DNA of 64,000 bases, taken from the NCBI GenBank assembly GCA_003056265.1, contig NBVN01000002.1:83700-147699 (forward strand), read 5' to 3'. Below, one piece after another: positions 20,046 to 29,286 of the stretch. The DNA comes from Zestosphaera tikiterensis (GTDB lineage Archaea; Thermoproteota; Thermoprotei_A; Sulfolobales; NBVN01). Position 1 is the stretch's first letter, and each line of letters starts with the position of its first letter. The translations under genes were made by a program, and so were the position numbers. The notes under the pieces are model-generated. The model worked only from the letters and a program-made list of their open reading frames with translations. It had not been told where the DNA came from and searched no databases.

Positions 20046-21023
20046 ATGGACGCGAAAGCTTTGAAGGTCTTAAGTAAGATACCTGACTTTCTATGGCTCT
20101 ATACGTTGGTGGCGATGGCGTTAGGCCTTACATACCCAGCAACGTTTAAGCAGTTGGCGCCGGCTATAACGCCTCTCTTAGGTTCGGTGATATTAGCGAT
20201 GGGTTTAACGTTAAGGGGTTCGGACTTTATGAACGTCTTTAAAAACCCGAAGAAGGCGTTAGTTGGTATCCTATCTCAATATACGGTTATGCCGTTGGGA
20301 GGATTTATAGTTGCTGTGGCTTTACTTGGTGCCGTACCTGAGTTTATAGCTGGTCAAGTCCTTACAGGAACTTGCCCGACCGGTGTAGTTTCAAATGTTT
20401 ACACGTACTTAAGTATGGGCAACGTAGCTCTCTCCATAACTCTCTCAGCCATCAATACGGTTATAGCTCCAATACTAACACCCACTTTAACAGGCGTTCT
20501 TGCCGGGAAGTTCGTTCCAGTTGATGTGTGGGCGCTCTTTCTAGATATGGTGCAGGTAACTTTAATACCTGTAACTATCGGCGTAGTCATCAACACAGTC
20601 GCGTCTAAGTATGTAGCGAAGATTAAACCGATACTGCCGGCATATTCAAGCTTTGCCGTAGCTACAATTGTTGCTTACGTAGCAGCGAGCGGGCAGGCGC
20701 GGATACTAACCTTAACGCCATTCATGATCTTGTTGTTGATAGTGGCGACGTTAATACACCTATTCCTAGGTTATGCGTTAGGCTACGCATACGGTAAAGC
20801 TTTTAAGTTAGACTTACCTGATAGGATAACTATCAGTACAGAGACAGCCATGCAGAACTCAGGCCTTGCCACGGTCTTAGCTATAAAGCATTGGGATGCT
20901 TTAGCAGCGTTGCCGGCGGTGACTTACAGCATCGTGCAGAACGTTTTAGGGCCGTTTATATGTCAATTCTTCAGGAAGAGAGTGGTTAAAACAACGCAGC
21001 AAGCTAAAGGAGGGAAGACTTAA
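20046..21023 (+). CDS. bile acid:sodium symporter (BASS) family transporter
   Basis: Polytopic membrane protein. The in-frame ATG at 20046 (MDAKALKVLSK) avoids the overlap with ilvD implied by the 19914 track start. Confidence 0.75.
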   Translation: MDAKALKVLSKIPDFLWLYTLVAMALGLTYPATFKQLAPAITPLLGSVILAMGLTLRGSDFMNVFKNPKKALVGILSQYTVMPLGGFIVAVALLGAVPEFIAGQVLTGTCPTGVVSNVYTYLSMGNVALSITLSAINTVIAPILTPTLTGVLAGKFVPVDVWALFLDMVQVTLIPVTIGVVINTVASKYVAKIKPILPAYSSFAVATIVAYVAASGQARILTLTPFMILLLIVATLIHLFLGYALGYAYGKAFKLDLPDRITISTETAMQNSGLATVLAIKHWDALAALPAVTYSIVQNVLGPFICQFFRKRVVKTTQQAKGGKT

Positions 21024-21247
21024 TTAAAATTCTTTGTAAGCTGCTGATGAATGCAGGAAATACCGCATGTGATTACGCCTTTAATTTTCCAACACTTTCC
21101 CTAACTACTGTGATGTTAGTACCTAAATCATAAACAAGCGCTTTAGAGCAAACATACTTTATCTCAACCTACATAAAGTTAAGAAAATACTCTATCCAGT
21201 AGTGAACACGTTCTTCATAACAGGTATGATTACACCGAATCCTTCAA

Positions 21248-21357
21248 GGATAGGATGATGGGTTGGAGGCCCAACCCGGGGCTAAACGAAGCGGACGTAG
21301 CCCCAAACCAATGAACCTCTAGGGGGCTCTCACTCTTCAGGGCGGGGGAGGAAATCG
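21248..21357 (+). repeat. GC-rich structured element, copy A (partner at 59586-59710)
   Basis: A GC island in an AT-rich intergenic region. It shares the blocks GGATAGG, ATGGGTYGGAGGCCCRRCCCGG, CCRATGAAC and TCAGGRCGGGGAGGA with copy B. The hairpin at 21260-21277 keeps pairing between copies despite sequence differences. Confidence 0.6.
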
Positions 21358-21484
21358 GTAAAAACGTAATCTTTCTGGGAGGACTTGATAAATGCCGGAT
21401 TAATCAAAGGTTTTAAGAGAGGGTTCTATTCATTGAAGTATAAGAAGGTAAGGGTTAAGATTGTTTAAGGGGTGTGAGTAGTTA

Positions 21485-21667
21485 GTGAGGTTGAGTATGG
21501 ATCGTAGGTACGGGTGGATTATAGTAGATCCTAACATATGTCATGGAAAACCTGTGTTTAAAGGGACGCGTGTATTAGTTGCTGATGTACTTGATATGAT
21601 AGCTTCTGGGATGGGTATTGATGAAATTTTAGAGGAATATCCTCAATTAAGTATATGTTTTACGTAG
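21485..21667 (+). CDS. DUF433-domain protein, possibly 3'-truncated
   Basis: IVDPNICHGKPVFKGTRVLVADVLDMIASGMGIDEILEEYPQLS fits the DUF433 pattern. The usual C-terminal helix after YPxLs is missing. Confidence 0.6.
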   Translation: MRLSMDRRYGWIIVDPNICHGKPVFKGTRVLVADVLDMIASGMGIDEILEEYPQLSICFT

Positions 21668-21903
21668 TGAAAACGTAATTCTTACTTACCTATGTTTTTA
21701 GGTGTGGTTAGAGCTGTTGGTTTAATGTTACTGTTCGTCGGGGTTGTAGGTTATTCAGCAATTGCTGTTCTTACTTTATTTATAAGTGGCCGGTGATGTG
21801 TTTACATGGTTTTTAACTAGGTGTAAGTGATTGTCCAAGCACTTCTGCTCCCGTTCCTAGTGAAGCATACAGTACGTACGTTACCATTCTCTACGTTGTC
21901 TGC

Positions 21904-24318
21904 TTAGCGGTAATACACTACTAGCGTTGTTGGGCTTTCTACTTCCACCCAAACGCTAAGGGGGCGGTCTTCGATATGTGGAGCTAGTTCTTTGGCGATG
22001 TAGTCAACCCATTGCTTATGGAATAGCGGTGAGTAGAGCTTAAGTACGTCCCAAGTCCATCGTATTCTCCACGAGTATTCCGACCTGCAGGCGTATGTAC
22101 ATGACGCACCTAGTATCGCCGCAAGTTCCTTACAAACATCATCAGCAAACTTGGAGGGGATCGCGTCACTGAAGTAGGTGTCCCTGTAATCCTTGCTTAA
22201 CTTATAGAACTCTACTGTGGGTCCGCCCTGTGTATCATATGACACTCTATAGACATACACATACCCTAATATGTTGACTTCATACTCAAGATAATCACTC
22301 CACTCCGCTACTGGTAGGTGCTGGTCTAAGACGAAGAGCGTGTCATTTATCTCTACGGCGGCTGTAGCGTGTCGGCCCTCCGTCGTGTTGAGTGAGAGGA
22401 TGTACACAGGTTTAACGCCAGCTGAGATGAGTGTAGCAACAAGAAAAACTGCGTAATCCGCACATACTCCGCTCCTCCTCTCGGCGAATTCTATCGGGTC
22501 GTATATATTTGAAACGCTTACTAGCCCTGCTTTCACATAATCGTACCCTGCATTCTCGTCAACCCACTCTAGAGCTTTCCAGGCGGCCTCTTTAACGTCT
22601 CTTGGGGGGACGTTATCATACACTAGTTTCCTTAGGTAGCTAATCGTAGTCTCGTTGAAAGAGCTAAGAATTACGTCATAGAATGTGTTTCCAAAACTTA
22701 AGGATCGTATAAAAATAACGTTTTCACATCCCCCGAAACTCATTGATTTCTTACTCCAGTCGACGCGCAACTCACATGTCTTGCTAACGTCGTATAAATC
22801 AATCTCGAAATTCGATATCCCGGCTCTCTTTAATGCCTCTAGTATTTCGTTTAGTGGGAATAGGGCTTTAGCATATGTCTTATTAACGAACACGTACGCA
22901 GCGATAACATGTGATGTGCTTGGATCTATGGGGTAGGGCGTTAAATGAAGTTTATACTCACCCCCCTTGATAACGAAGTAGGGATAGCTAGGCTTCCCGC
23001 TCCAAAACTCCTCTATGATTAAGTGCGTATCGTTTACGTAGATTTTCATGGAGCCGAGGTCGAGGCGCTCCCTATATTGTTGAAGCATGCTGGGTGTAAA
23101 CGGTGATGTCTCACGTAATAAAGCTGTAGTTGCAGTCGTAGTTGTAGGTACAAGGCTAACTAGTACATCAGACTTAAGACTTTCTGCCGTAGTCGTAGGT
23201 GGGGTTTCGTTGAGTTGTTGATGGAAAAGTAAACTAGCAGTAGGCAGTAGTGCTAAAACAGCTATCAGCGCAATCACAACCTTAGCAAAAACACTTAATC
23301 GTTTTGATCTTACCTCTTTTCCTTGCGAGTCCACTGTTGTCCTACCGATTTCAGTGCTTCTTTCTTCAGTGCCGACCGTAATTGTTCTCAAGCATCCTTC
23401 AGTCCCTGCTTCTTTTTCATTTGGTTCGTACTCAATTCGAACCGGTATAACATATTCTTTATCTTTAGCCTCTAAGCGTTCTTTCGGTCGTTCGCTAACG
23501 ATGCGGGACGTCCATGAAGCAATTACATCGCTTACTGATCTGAGTGTTTTAAATCTAACGTCTGCTCTCGCGAGATCGGGTAGTAACTTGATATCTTGTA
23601 TCTTCGCAGCCGCTTTAATTACGTTTGGATGTTCAAGTACTTGCTTAAGCACTTCCCTAAGGTCTAGCCCTAACCTCAGCTCGGTATTTAGGGAGCTGAA
23701 ATAAGAATATACGCTATCAATCGCCATAGCTACGCAGTACGCCGTCCTACAGAACCCTAATGACGTAGTAAGCTTCTCAGATTGCTCGCGTATAAAGCTC
23801 TCAAGCATAGACTCTACGTATGAGGCCATCTCCGCATGAGTAGGCATTCTTTGTGAATAGGGCCTCTCCTTAAACCCCATAGCTTCTAAGAACTCACCAA
23901 CGGACTGGCTATAACCTACCGCCCCGCTCTTACTTCTTTCCCCCAACCCTAGGTAAGTCCTCACAACCTCCCTAACCTTTACGTACACATCGGGTTGCAA
24001 TACAGGGATAACGCCATCCTCGACAAACGCCCTCCCGCGATTCGTGACCGTATATAAGATTTTCTCGAGCTCGGAGGTAGTGCCGTACACATTTATATAC
24101 TTCCGCATGTGTAGCGTTTGTATATCGCGGTAAAGCTCTGAATGAATAGTGGAAGAGACTGCGACGTCAGCGTAGAGTCCCTCGAAGTAATTACTCAATT
24201 CTGGAACTGAAGACTGAACACGTAATACAAGCTCTTTAAGCCTATCCATACCTTTGACGCTATTGGCAAGATATACCACAAACAACGGTAGAGCGTATCT
24301 AGGGAGCTTCACATTCAC
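21904..24318 (-). CDS. membrane protein: cytoplasmic N-domain, single TM, Thr-rich linker, extracellular transglutaminase-like domain
   Basis: 804 aa. The TM segment is VFAKVVIALIAVLALLPTASLLF, followed by PPTTTAES...PTTTTATTA. A C-terminal Cys-His-Asp core is present (SGVCADYAVF ... GRHATAAV ... VLDQH), along with many N-x-S/T sequons. An alternative start at MDRLKELV is possible. Confidence 0.7.
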   Translation of the reverse strand: MNVKLPRYALPLFVVYLANSVKGMDRLKELVLRVQSSVPELSNYFEGLYADVAVSSTIHSELYRDIQTLHMRKYINVYGTTSELEKILYTVTNRGRAFVEDGVIPVLQPDVYVKVREVVRTYLGLGERSKSGAVGYSQSVGEFLEAMGFKERPYSQRMPTHAEMASYVESMLESFIREQSEKLTTSLGFCRTAYCVAMAIDSVYSYFSSLNTELRLGLDLREVLKQVLEHPNVIKAAAKIQDIKLLPDLARADVRFKTLRSVSDVIASWTSRIVSERPKERLEAKDKEYVIPVRIEYEPNEKEAGTEGCLRTITVGTEERSTEIGRTTVDSQGKEVRSKRLSVFAKVVIALIAVLALLPTASLLFHQQLNETPPTTTAESLKSDVLVSLVPTTTTATTALLRETSPFTPSMLQQYRERLDLGSMKIYVNDTHLIIEEFWSGKPSYPYFVIKGGEYKLHLTPYPIDPSTSHVIAAYVFVNKTYAKALFPLNEILEALKRAGISNFEIDLYDVSKTCELRVDWSKKSMSFGGCENVIFIRSLSFGNTFYDVILSSFNETTISYLRKLVYDNVPPRDVKEAAWKALEWVDENAGYDYVKAGLVSVSNIYDPIEFAERRSGVCADYAVFLVATLISAGVKPVYILSLNTTEGRHATAAVEINDTLFVLDQHLPVAEWSDYLEYEVNILGYVYVYRVSYDTQGGPTVEFYKLSKDYRDTYFSDAIPSKFADDVCKELAAILGASCTYACRSEYSWRIRWTWDVLKLYSPLFHKQWVDYIAKELAPHIEDRPLSVWVEVESPTTLVVYYR

Positions 24319-24511
24319 AAAGCACCTACAAGATACTTACATGAGTAAGATAAAAATTAATAAAATAAATTAATTTGACGCCAATCAGCTTAGTTCTTCC
24401 TCGACTACCTCTAGTTTGCTTCACAAGCGTTTCTTAGACCTAGATAATGAACGTGGACACCTTACCCCACAAATTTAAATATTATTCACAATTAAGGTAT
24501 TTAGTAGGGAT

Positions 24512-25567
24512 TTGGTGTTAAGCCTTGAAGACGAGATAAAGAGGTTTGTAATCTGTACGGATACTTGTCGAACCGTTGACTGTGTTCTTGTGTGTCTCTC
24601 TTTGGCGTTTTCCGAGATTAGCGATTTTGTCAAGGGTTTTCCGACAAGTGCTAGTGAGGAAAAATTGGTCAATGACTTTCTTAATCACCCTGATGTTAAG
24701 AGGGGTTTAGCGGGATTAACTGGTAGCACAGGAGCCTTAGAGATCAAGATTAATAAGGATCCCCGCTTTAAAAATCTCCGTCAATACATTCCTCAGATAA
24801 TAGACGTCATTAGACACGCTTCCGCAGAATATGCTCCTCAACGAGTATACCAAGACATTGAAAGACCCCCGTTATGGCGTATAGAGTACGAAGAGCGCGA
24901 AGCTGGGAAAATAGATGTGAGGGAGGTAACGCATCATACGAGCTACAAGAAATCCTATGCTGAGCGGTCTAGCAAAGAGACGAACATGGATTCCGGAAAG
25001 GCATATACTGTGCCAGTATTGCATCTAGATGAGACTCGGGGTGAGGAGAAAGGTAGAAGACACCTATCTCTCAGGATAAACACTTCGAAAACTTCTTTAG
25101 TTTTGTATGTACTGATGTTATTGATAAACGCTTATGTGTTTATAGAGATTCCATGGGTATCATACTACGGTAAGCAATACCGTATAGGTACACTGGAGAT
25201 TACAGAAGTTAGAGCAACTTATACAGGGTGGGATATGACACGCTTCTTTATAGAGCTTTGGCGACTTTTCAATGTACGTCCGCCAATATTTATGGTGTAC
25301 TTTATCGGTTTGCTTATAGCGGTTATAGCTCTCGTAGTGAAATCTCCAGCTTTATCGACGATTTCTGGGTTGGCGATGCTTATCGGGTGGAACGATTTCT
25401 ATACATCGGCCACTCTACTTTACAAACTCTATCTCCAGCTCGTAGGTCTTCTCGGACTTATCTCCATAGAGTCCGCAGAATTGGAAGTAGGAGCAACACT
25501 TGGAGGTATTCTGTCGCTCCTACAATTAGTGATCGGAACATACTTAATTTACAAAGCATCGCACTGA
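24512..25567 (+). CDS. polytopic membrane protein; its cytoplasmic N-domain is paralogous to part of the 21904-24318 product
   Basis: 351 aa. It shares CRT..CV, L.HP.V, RFK.LR and RIEYE..EAG blocks with the divergent neighbour. The C-terminal half has 4-5 hydrophobic helices. Confidence 0.6.
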   Translation: MVLSLEDEIKRFVICTDTCRTVDCVLVCLSLAFSEISDFVKGFPTSASEEKLVNDFLNHPDVKRGLAGLTGSTGALEIKINKDPRFKNLRQYIPQIIDVIRHASAEYAPQRVYQDIERPPLWRIEYEEREAGKIDVREVTHHTSYKKSYAERSSKETNMDSGKAYTVPVLHLDETRGEEKGRRHLSLRINTSKTSLVLYVLMLLINAYVFIEIPWVSYYGKQYRIGTLEITEVRATYTGWDMTRFFIELWRLFNVRPPIFMVYFIGLLIAVIALVVKSPALSTISGLAMLIGWNDFYTSATLLYKLYLQLVGLLGLISIESAELEVGATLGGILSLLQLVIGTYLIYKASH

Positions 25568-25685
25568 AGTAACCGATTAGGATGATGAAGAGCATTATTT
25601 CCATACCTGAATTGCTAATAACCTTGATAATCTTTCATTAAAATTTAAATGTGTTTAGAAGCCTAAAATAGCTGGAGAAAGCTCT

Positions 25686-27101
25686 ATGAGTATAAAACAA
25701 ACGTTTTCAGAGGTAAAGATTCTTGCTATAGTAGCCACATTACTTATTCTATCACATCTTTTAATCATCGCTAAAGTGATGTATGCTCAAAGTACTGAAT
25801 ACACATATGCTATAGCTGTGGTGAGTGTGCGTGCTGGTGTTAGAATTTCGTCTGGAACCTTTAAGATAGAGACTCCCAAACACCTGCTAGTAAACAGGAA
25901 TAACATTTTGAAGGTGTATTTTGAAAGAAGTGGAGATAGCAATGATGTTATTGTAATATTTACAATAGGAGCAAGAATTAACACTGCCGACGGTAGTAAA
26001 GAGTATAGTCTTCAAACAGTTTCATTTCCGCTAAAAGGTGATGCATCACAGCAAGCTTTGATAGATTTTAACGTTCCAGAGGAACTATATAGACAATCAA
26101 CAGATAAAAAAGTAAAGGTATTCGTGAAAGGTATGGTTTGCTCGCCAATGTATATAAGCACGTTCATTGATACGTGTAATATCGGTGAGAATATTCCTGC
26201 TGAAGCTTACCTTGTTTACGGCGTTCCTCAGCCTCAGTTGTCTGTGAGGGGTTTAGGTCTTGGTTATGTGAATATGTCGGTGGGCGAAGTTAGGAGTATA
26301 TTTATTGATGTTAATGCTATGTATGCACCAATACTTGTGAGAAGTGTCGACATATCTATCCCATCGTTTGTGGCTGTCTACATAAATACCCCGCTTCCTC
26401 TAAATGTAGGTGTTAATGAGTCTATACCTATCGCAATATCTGTGAAGGGTGTTCAGCCTGGTGCTGGGGTTATTGACGTAGCTATTCGTTATTATACAGG
26501 AGTTGATGAAAGGTACATCACCATATATATACCTGTCGTAGTTGAAGAGAAACACATCTTTGAACTTATTAATCAATACAGGTATGAATTGCAACAATTG
26601 CTACAAGATGTTGAAAATCTTGAGACACAACTAAATATAAGAATCAGCGATATACACGATTTGACACAGAGACTTGCAACAATATTCAATACGTTAGTAA
26701 ATCTTGAGCGTCAATATAGCGAAGCATTAAATAAGATAGACATAGCTTCATCGAAAACATCACAACTTAGCAATAGTATCACCAGCTTAACACAGCAACT
26801 CAATCAAGTCAATATAGAGATAGCTAACCAGAAAACAACGTTAGAAACACTTAATCGGTATACTAATAGCTTATCACAGCAAATTCAGCAACTAACACAA
26901 CAAATAAACCAAATAGAGAAAACTATAAACAATCTAAGCAGTTCAGTAAAAGACATCAGAGGTTACATAGACGAGCAGGACACCTCAATAAAAGAACTAC
27001 AGCAAGTTATAGACAGAAACACTATATTGGTCTTAGGAATCACAGGCATATCCATAGCTACATTGATATTAGTTATAAGAATCATTAAAGGCAGATATTA
27101 A
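25686..27101 (+). CDS. envelope protein with N-terminal signal/TM, beta-rich region, long Q/N-rich coiled coil and C-terminal TM anchor
   Basis: 471 aa. The N-terminus is ILAIVATLLILSHLLIIAKVMYA. Heptad-like repeats span residues ~285-445 (LTQQLNQVNIEIANQ, IQQLTQQINQIEKTINN). The C-terminus is ILVLGITGISIATLILVIRII. Confidence 0.65.
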   Translation: MSIKQTFSEVKILAIVATLLILSHLLIIAKVMYAQSTEYTYAIAVVSVRAGVRISSGTFKIETPKHLLVNRNNILKVYFERSGDSNDVIVIFTIGARINTADGSKEYSLQTVSFPLKGDASQQALIDFNVPEELYRQSTDKKVKVFVKGMVCSPMYISTFIDTCNIGENIPAEAYLVYGVPQPQLSVRGLGLGYVNMSVGEVRSIFIDVNAMYAPILVRSVDISIPSFVAVYINTPLPLNVGVNESIPIAISVKGVQPGAGVIDVAIRYYTGVDERYITIYIPVVVEEKHIFELINQYRYELQQLLQDVENLETQLNIRISDIHDLTQRLATIFNTLVNLERQYSEALNKIDIASSKTSQLSNSITSLTQQLNQVNIEIANQKTTLETLNRYTNSLSQQIQQLTQQINQIEKTINNLSSSVKDIRGYIDEQDTSIKELQQVIDRNTILVLGITGISIATLILVIRIIKGRY

Positions 27102-27445
27102 CACGTTAAAGACGTATTTGTTTTAACAAACTTTTTCTTTAACTGCGGATATTGCCGTTAATTAGCTGATGCTAAGTGATTTAAGACTCGTTAATCCAGT
27201 GCCTACCTTAACCTTATCTAGGAACACACCTCTAATGTATTTCATGAACGAGATTTGCTGTTTTAAACAGTGCTACACTCTATTACAATAGATTTATATT
27301 TTCCTCTATCGCTAAATAGGTTCTAGATGATGGCAATGACACCTAGGAAGATAGTAGCGCAAGTAAATGATAAAGAATTAAATATAAGAAGAATATAGAA
27401 GTTGTTGCCTAGCGTAAGGTCGATTTCTATTTAGCTCACTATTCT

Positions 27446-28321
27446 CTAACTTAACAACGATAGTAGCGCAAGTAACGTGATTAATGCTGTCAGCCCTATT
27501 AAAAAATATCCTATTAAGAGGTAGGGGCGTATTCTTCTCTTTACGTCTAATACAACTTTAACGTTGTTGCTTCCTATAGGTATGTTTATATACTTATCGT
27601 TTGGTGCGATTTTCTTTAATACTTCTCTAGTTCGTTCATCCATTATTGTAGCTTCTTTAATTTTATTGGGTATTATTATTTTAATTTCTGAATATTTTTT
27701 AACGGGTATTATTAATTCACCGTTATCTCCCGTTTTCATTGTAGCTTCATTAGCTATGATTATTCCTTTTTCAGGTGTTTCAACGTAAATTTTTACGTCA
27801 TAATTTGAAAGAGGTTTTTTGCCTTTCTGCACAATTATTTTTACCCCAACTATATCGCGTTGGTCGGCCTGACCTAAGGATTCCATATACTTAGTATACT
27901 GCTTCAGTATTTCCTCCGTAGGCAGTTTTCGTGAGGATTTTATAGTTAAAGAACATCCTGAAGCTAGTAATATTTCCTTTAAATATGGGTACATTAATGG
28001 TGCTCTATAGTACGTTACAAACGTTAATCGACCAATCTCTTGCCTGAAGACGTTGACATCAATCTTACCGCTAACTAAGAAATGTTTTAAATTATTGAGG
28101 GTATCTATAACTACTTCCTCAAATTTTTTACCGGCATCTTCATGGACGACCTCAACACGAGCGCCTTCATCTTCATTATACCACGTTACCGTCTTCCTAT
28201 GTTCGATGTTTTTCCTATAGAATCTTGTGAAAAGCTCCGCAACAATTACGTTATATTTTCTTGTTAAGAAATCGTGTAAATCCTCGATCAAGTTCACACA
28301 CTCAAGTTTATAAGAATTCAC
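27446..28321 (-). CDS. tail-anchored protein with a carboxypeptidase-regulatory-like beta-sandwich segment
   Basis: 291 aa with no N-terminal signal. VKIIVQKGKKPLSNYDVKIYVETPEKGIIIANEATMKTGDNGELIIPV resembles prealbumin-like fold domains. The C-terminal TM is LLIGYFLIGLTALITLLALLSLL. Confidence 0.5.
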   Translation of the reverse strand: MNSYKLECVNLIEDLHDFLTRKYNVIVAELFTRFYRKNIEHRKTVTWYNEDEGARVEVVHEDAGKKFEEVVIDTLNNLKHFLVSGKIDVNVFRQEIGRLTFVTYYRAPLMYPYLKEILLASGCSLTIKSSRKLPTEEILKQYTKYMESLGQADQRDIVGVKIIVQKGKKPLSNYDVKIYVETPEKGIIIANEATMKTGDNGELIIPVKKYSEIKIIIPNKIKEATIMDERTREVLKKIAPNDKYINIPIGSNNVKVVLDVKRRIRPYLLIGYFLIGLTALITLLALLSLLS

Positions 28322-28620
28322 AACCCCACCTCTGCTGTCGTAGGTGGCTATAGGTTCTCTCCAACATTATATTGGAGTAAGAACAATATAACCTTTCCTT
28401 CCTTAATTATAAGTCATAGGTCTACTTATAGCAGTTGGAGACATCCGTGTCATAAACCTTATCCTTATGTATGGTTCTAGGAATGCGCTACCTCCGACGC
28501 TAGTATGGAAATCGTACTTGGGATAAATAGTTGGTCTTTGGTCTTAGCACCTATGTGTCATTATTGGTTGTCTAGGAAATAACGCGCGTTATGAGACTTT
28601 AGGAGAATCTAGTTTAGAGG

Positions 28621-29265
28621 TTATTTAGTGAAGTCTCCGTATGCCCTCTCAAGAGACTTTACGAACTGTTTAAGCATGGATGACGTTATATCGAGTACTG
28701 GAGGTGTCTTGCCCACACTCTTCTTAGACATAGCAAATAGCGATTTAGGCAATTTCAGCGTTATATCGAGAATGCTGGTCAATGCCAACGCAATTCCAGG
28801 GTATTTATCCTCAAACAACTGTTCTAGAAACCTATGCCACCTATTAGGTTTCTTGTTCGTCTCAGGGGGAAAGGTAGGCTCCCACTAAGGAACCAAGGTC
28901 TTCCCGTATCGTGTAGGTTCTTCTAGTTTCAGTTGTCTCTCTGGCATGGTAGCATCGCCTAAGTCTACGTACCTCATAACCAAGTCTATAACTGTGTTTC
29001 TTAGCTGGGGATTCGCTAAGCTAGCTTTAACTACTTGGATGAGGGTGTGGGGTCTCTATGCTCTCAATGGCTTAAATTTCTGTAAGCTCAGCCAGCTTCT
29101 CCGCCATTGGATATTCCAGAAGTTTTGTCAGTGCGGTATCAGCTACAGATGTCATCCTATTCTTGATCATGATGGTGTAGGATGGGTGAATACCTAACTC
29201 AAGGCTTCTACACTTCTTCTAAAGATGCGTAAATACACTAGATTAATATATGGCTTGATATTCAT
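28621..29265 (-). pseudogene. degraded ORF of unknown family (several stops and frame changes)
   Basis: My minus-strand translation gives consecutive pieces in different frames: MNIKPYINLVYLRIFRRSVEALS*, LGIHPSYTIMIKNRMTSVADTALTKLLEYPMAEKLAELTEI*, RPHTLIQVVKASLANPQLRNTVIDLVMRYVDLGDATMPERQLKLEEPTRYGKTLVP*, WEPTFPPETNKKPNRWHRFLEQLFEDKYPGIAL...GDFTK*. Confidence 0.45.
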
Positions 29266-29286
29266 GATGGGTAGTGGTGTTGGGTT

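Noticed and set aside
21248-21357. The GC-rich elements (here and at 59586-59710) as tRNA, split-tRNA half, 5S rRNA, RNase P RNA, SRP RNA or fluoride riboswitch.
   Set aside because: Neither strand has a T-loop (GTTCRANYC), a D-loop or an acceptor pairing. There is no 5S loop sequence (CGAACCCGGAAGTTAAGC-like). The minus strand of copy B has a weak CR-V-like string (CAGTTCATCGGCTTGA) but no matching CR-I. Resemblance to the crcB motif (GATG, AGGCCC, CCTCTA) is not in the correct helical order.
26560-27000. Repetitive DNA in the coiled-coil region of the 25686-27101 gene, considered as a possible CRISPR or tandem repeat.
   Set aside because: The repeats are imperfect codon-level reiterations of Q/N/L/T heptads inside an intact ORF. 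There are no regularly spaced identical repeats or spacers. No CRISPR array was seen anywhere in the window.
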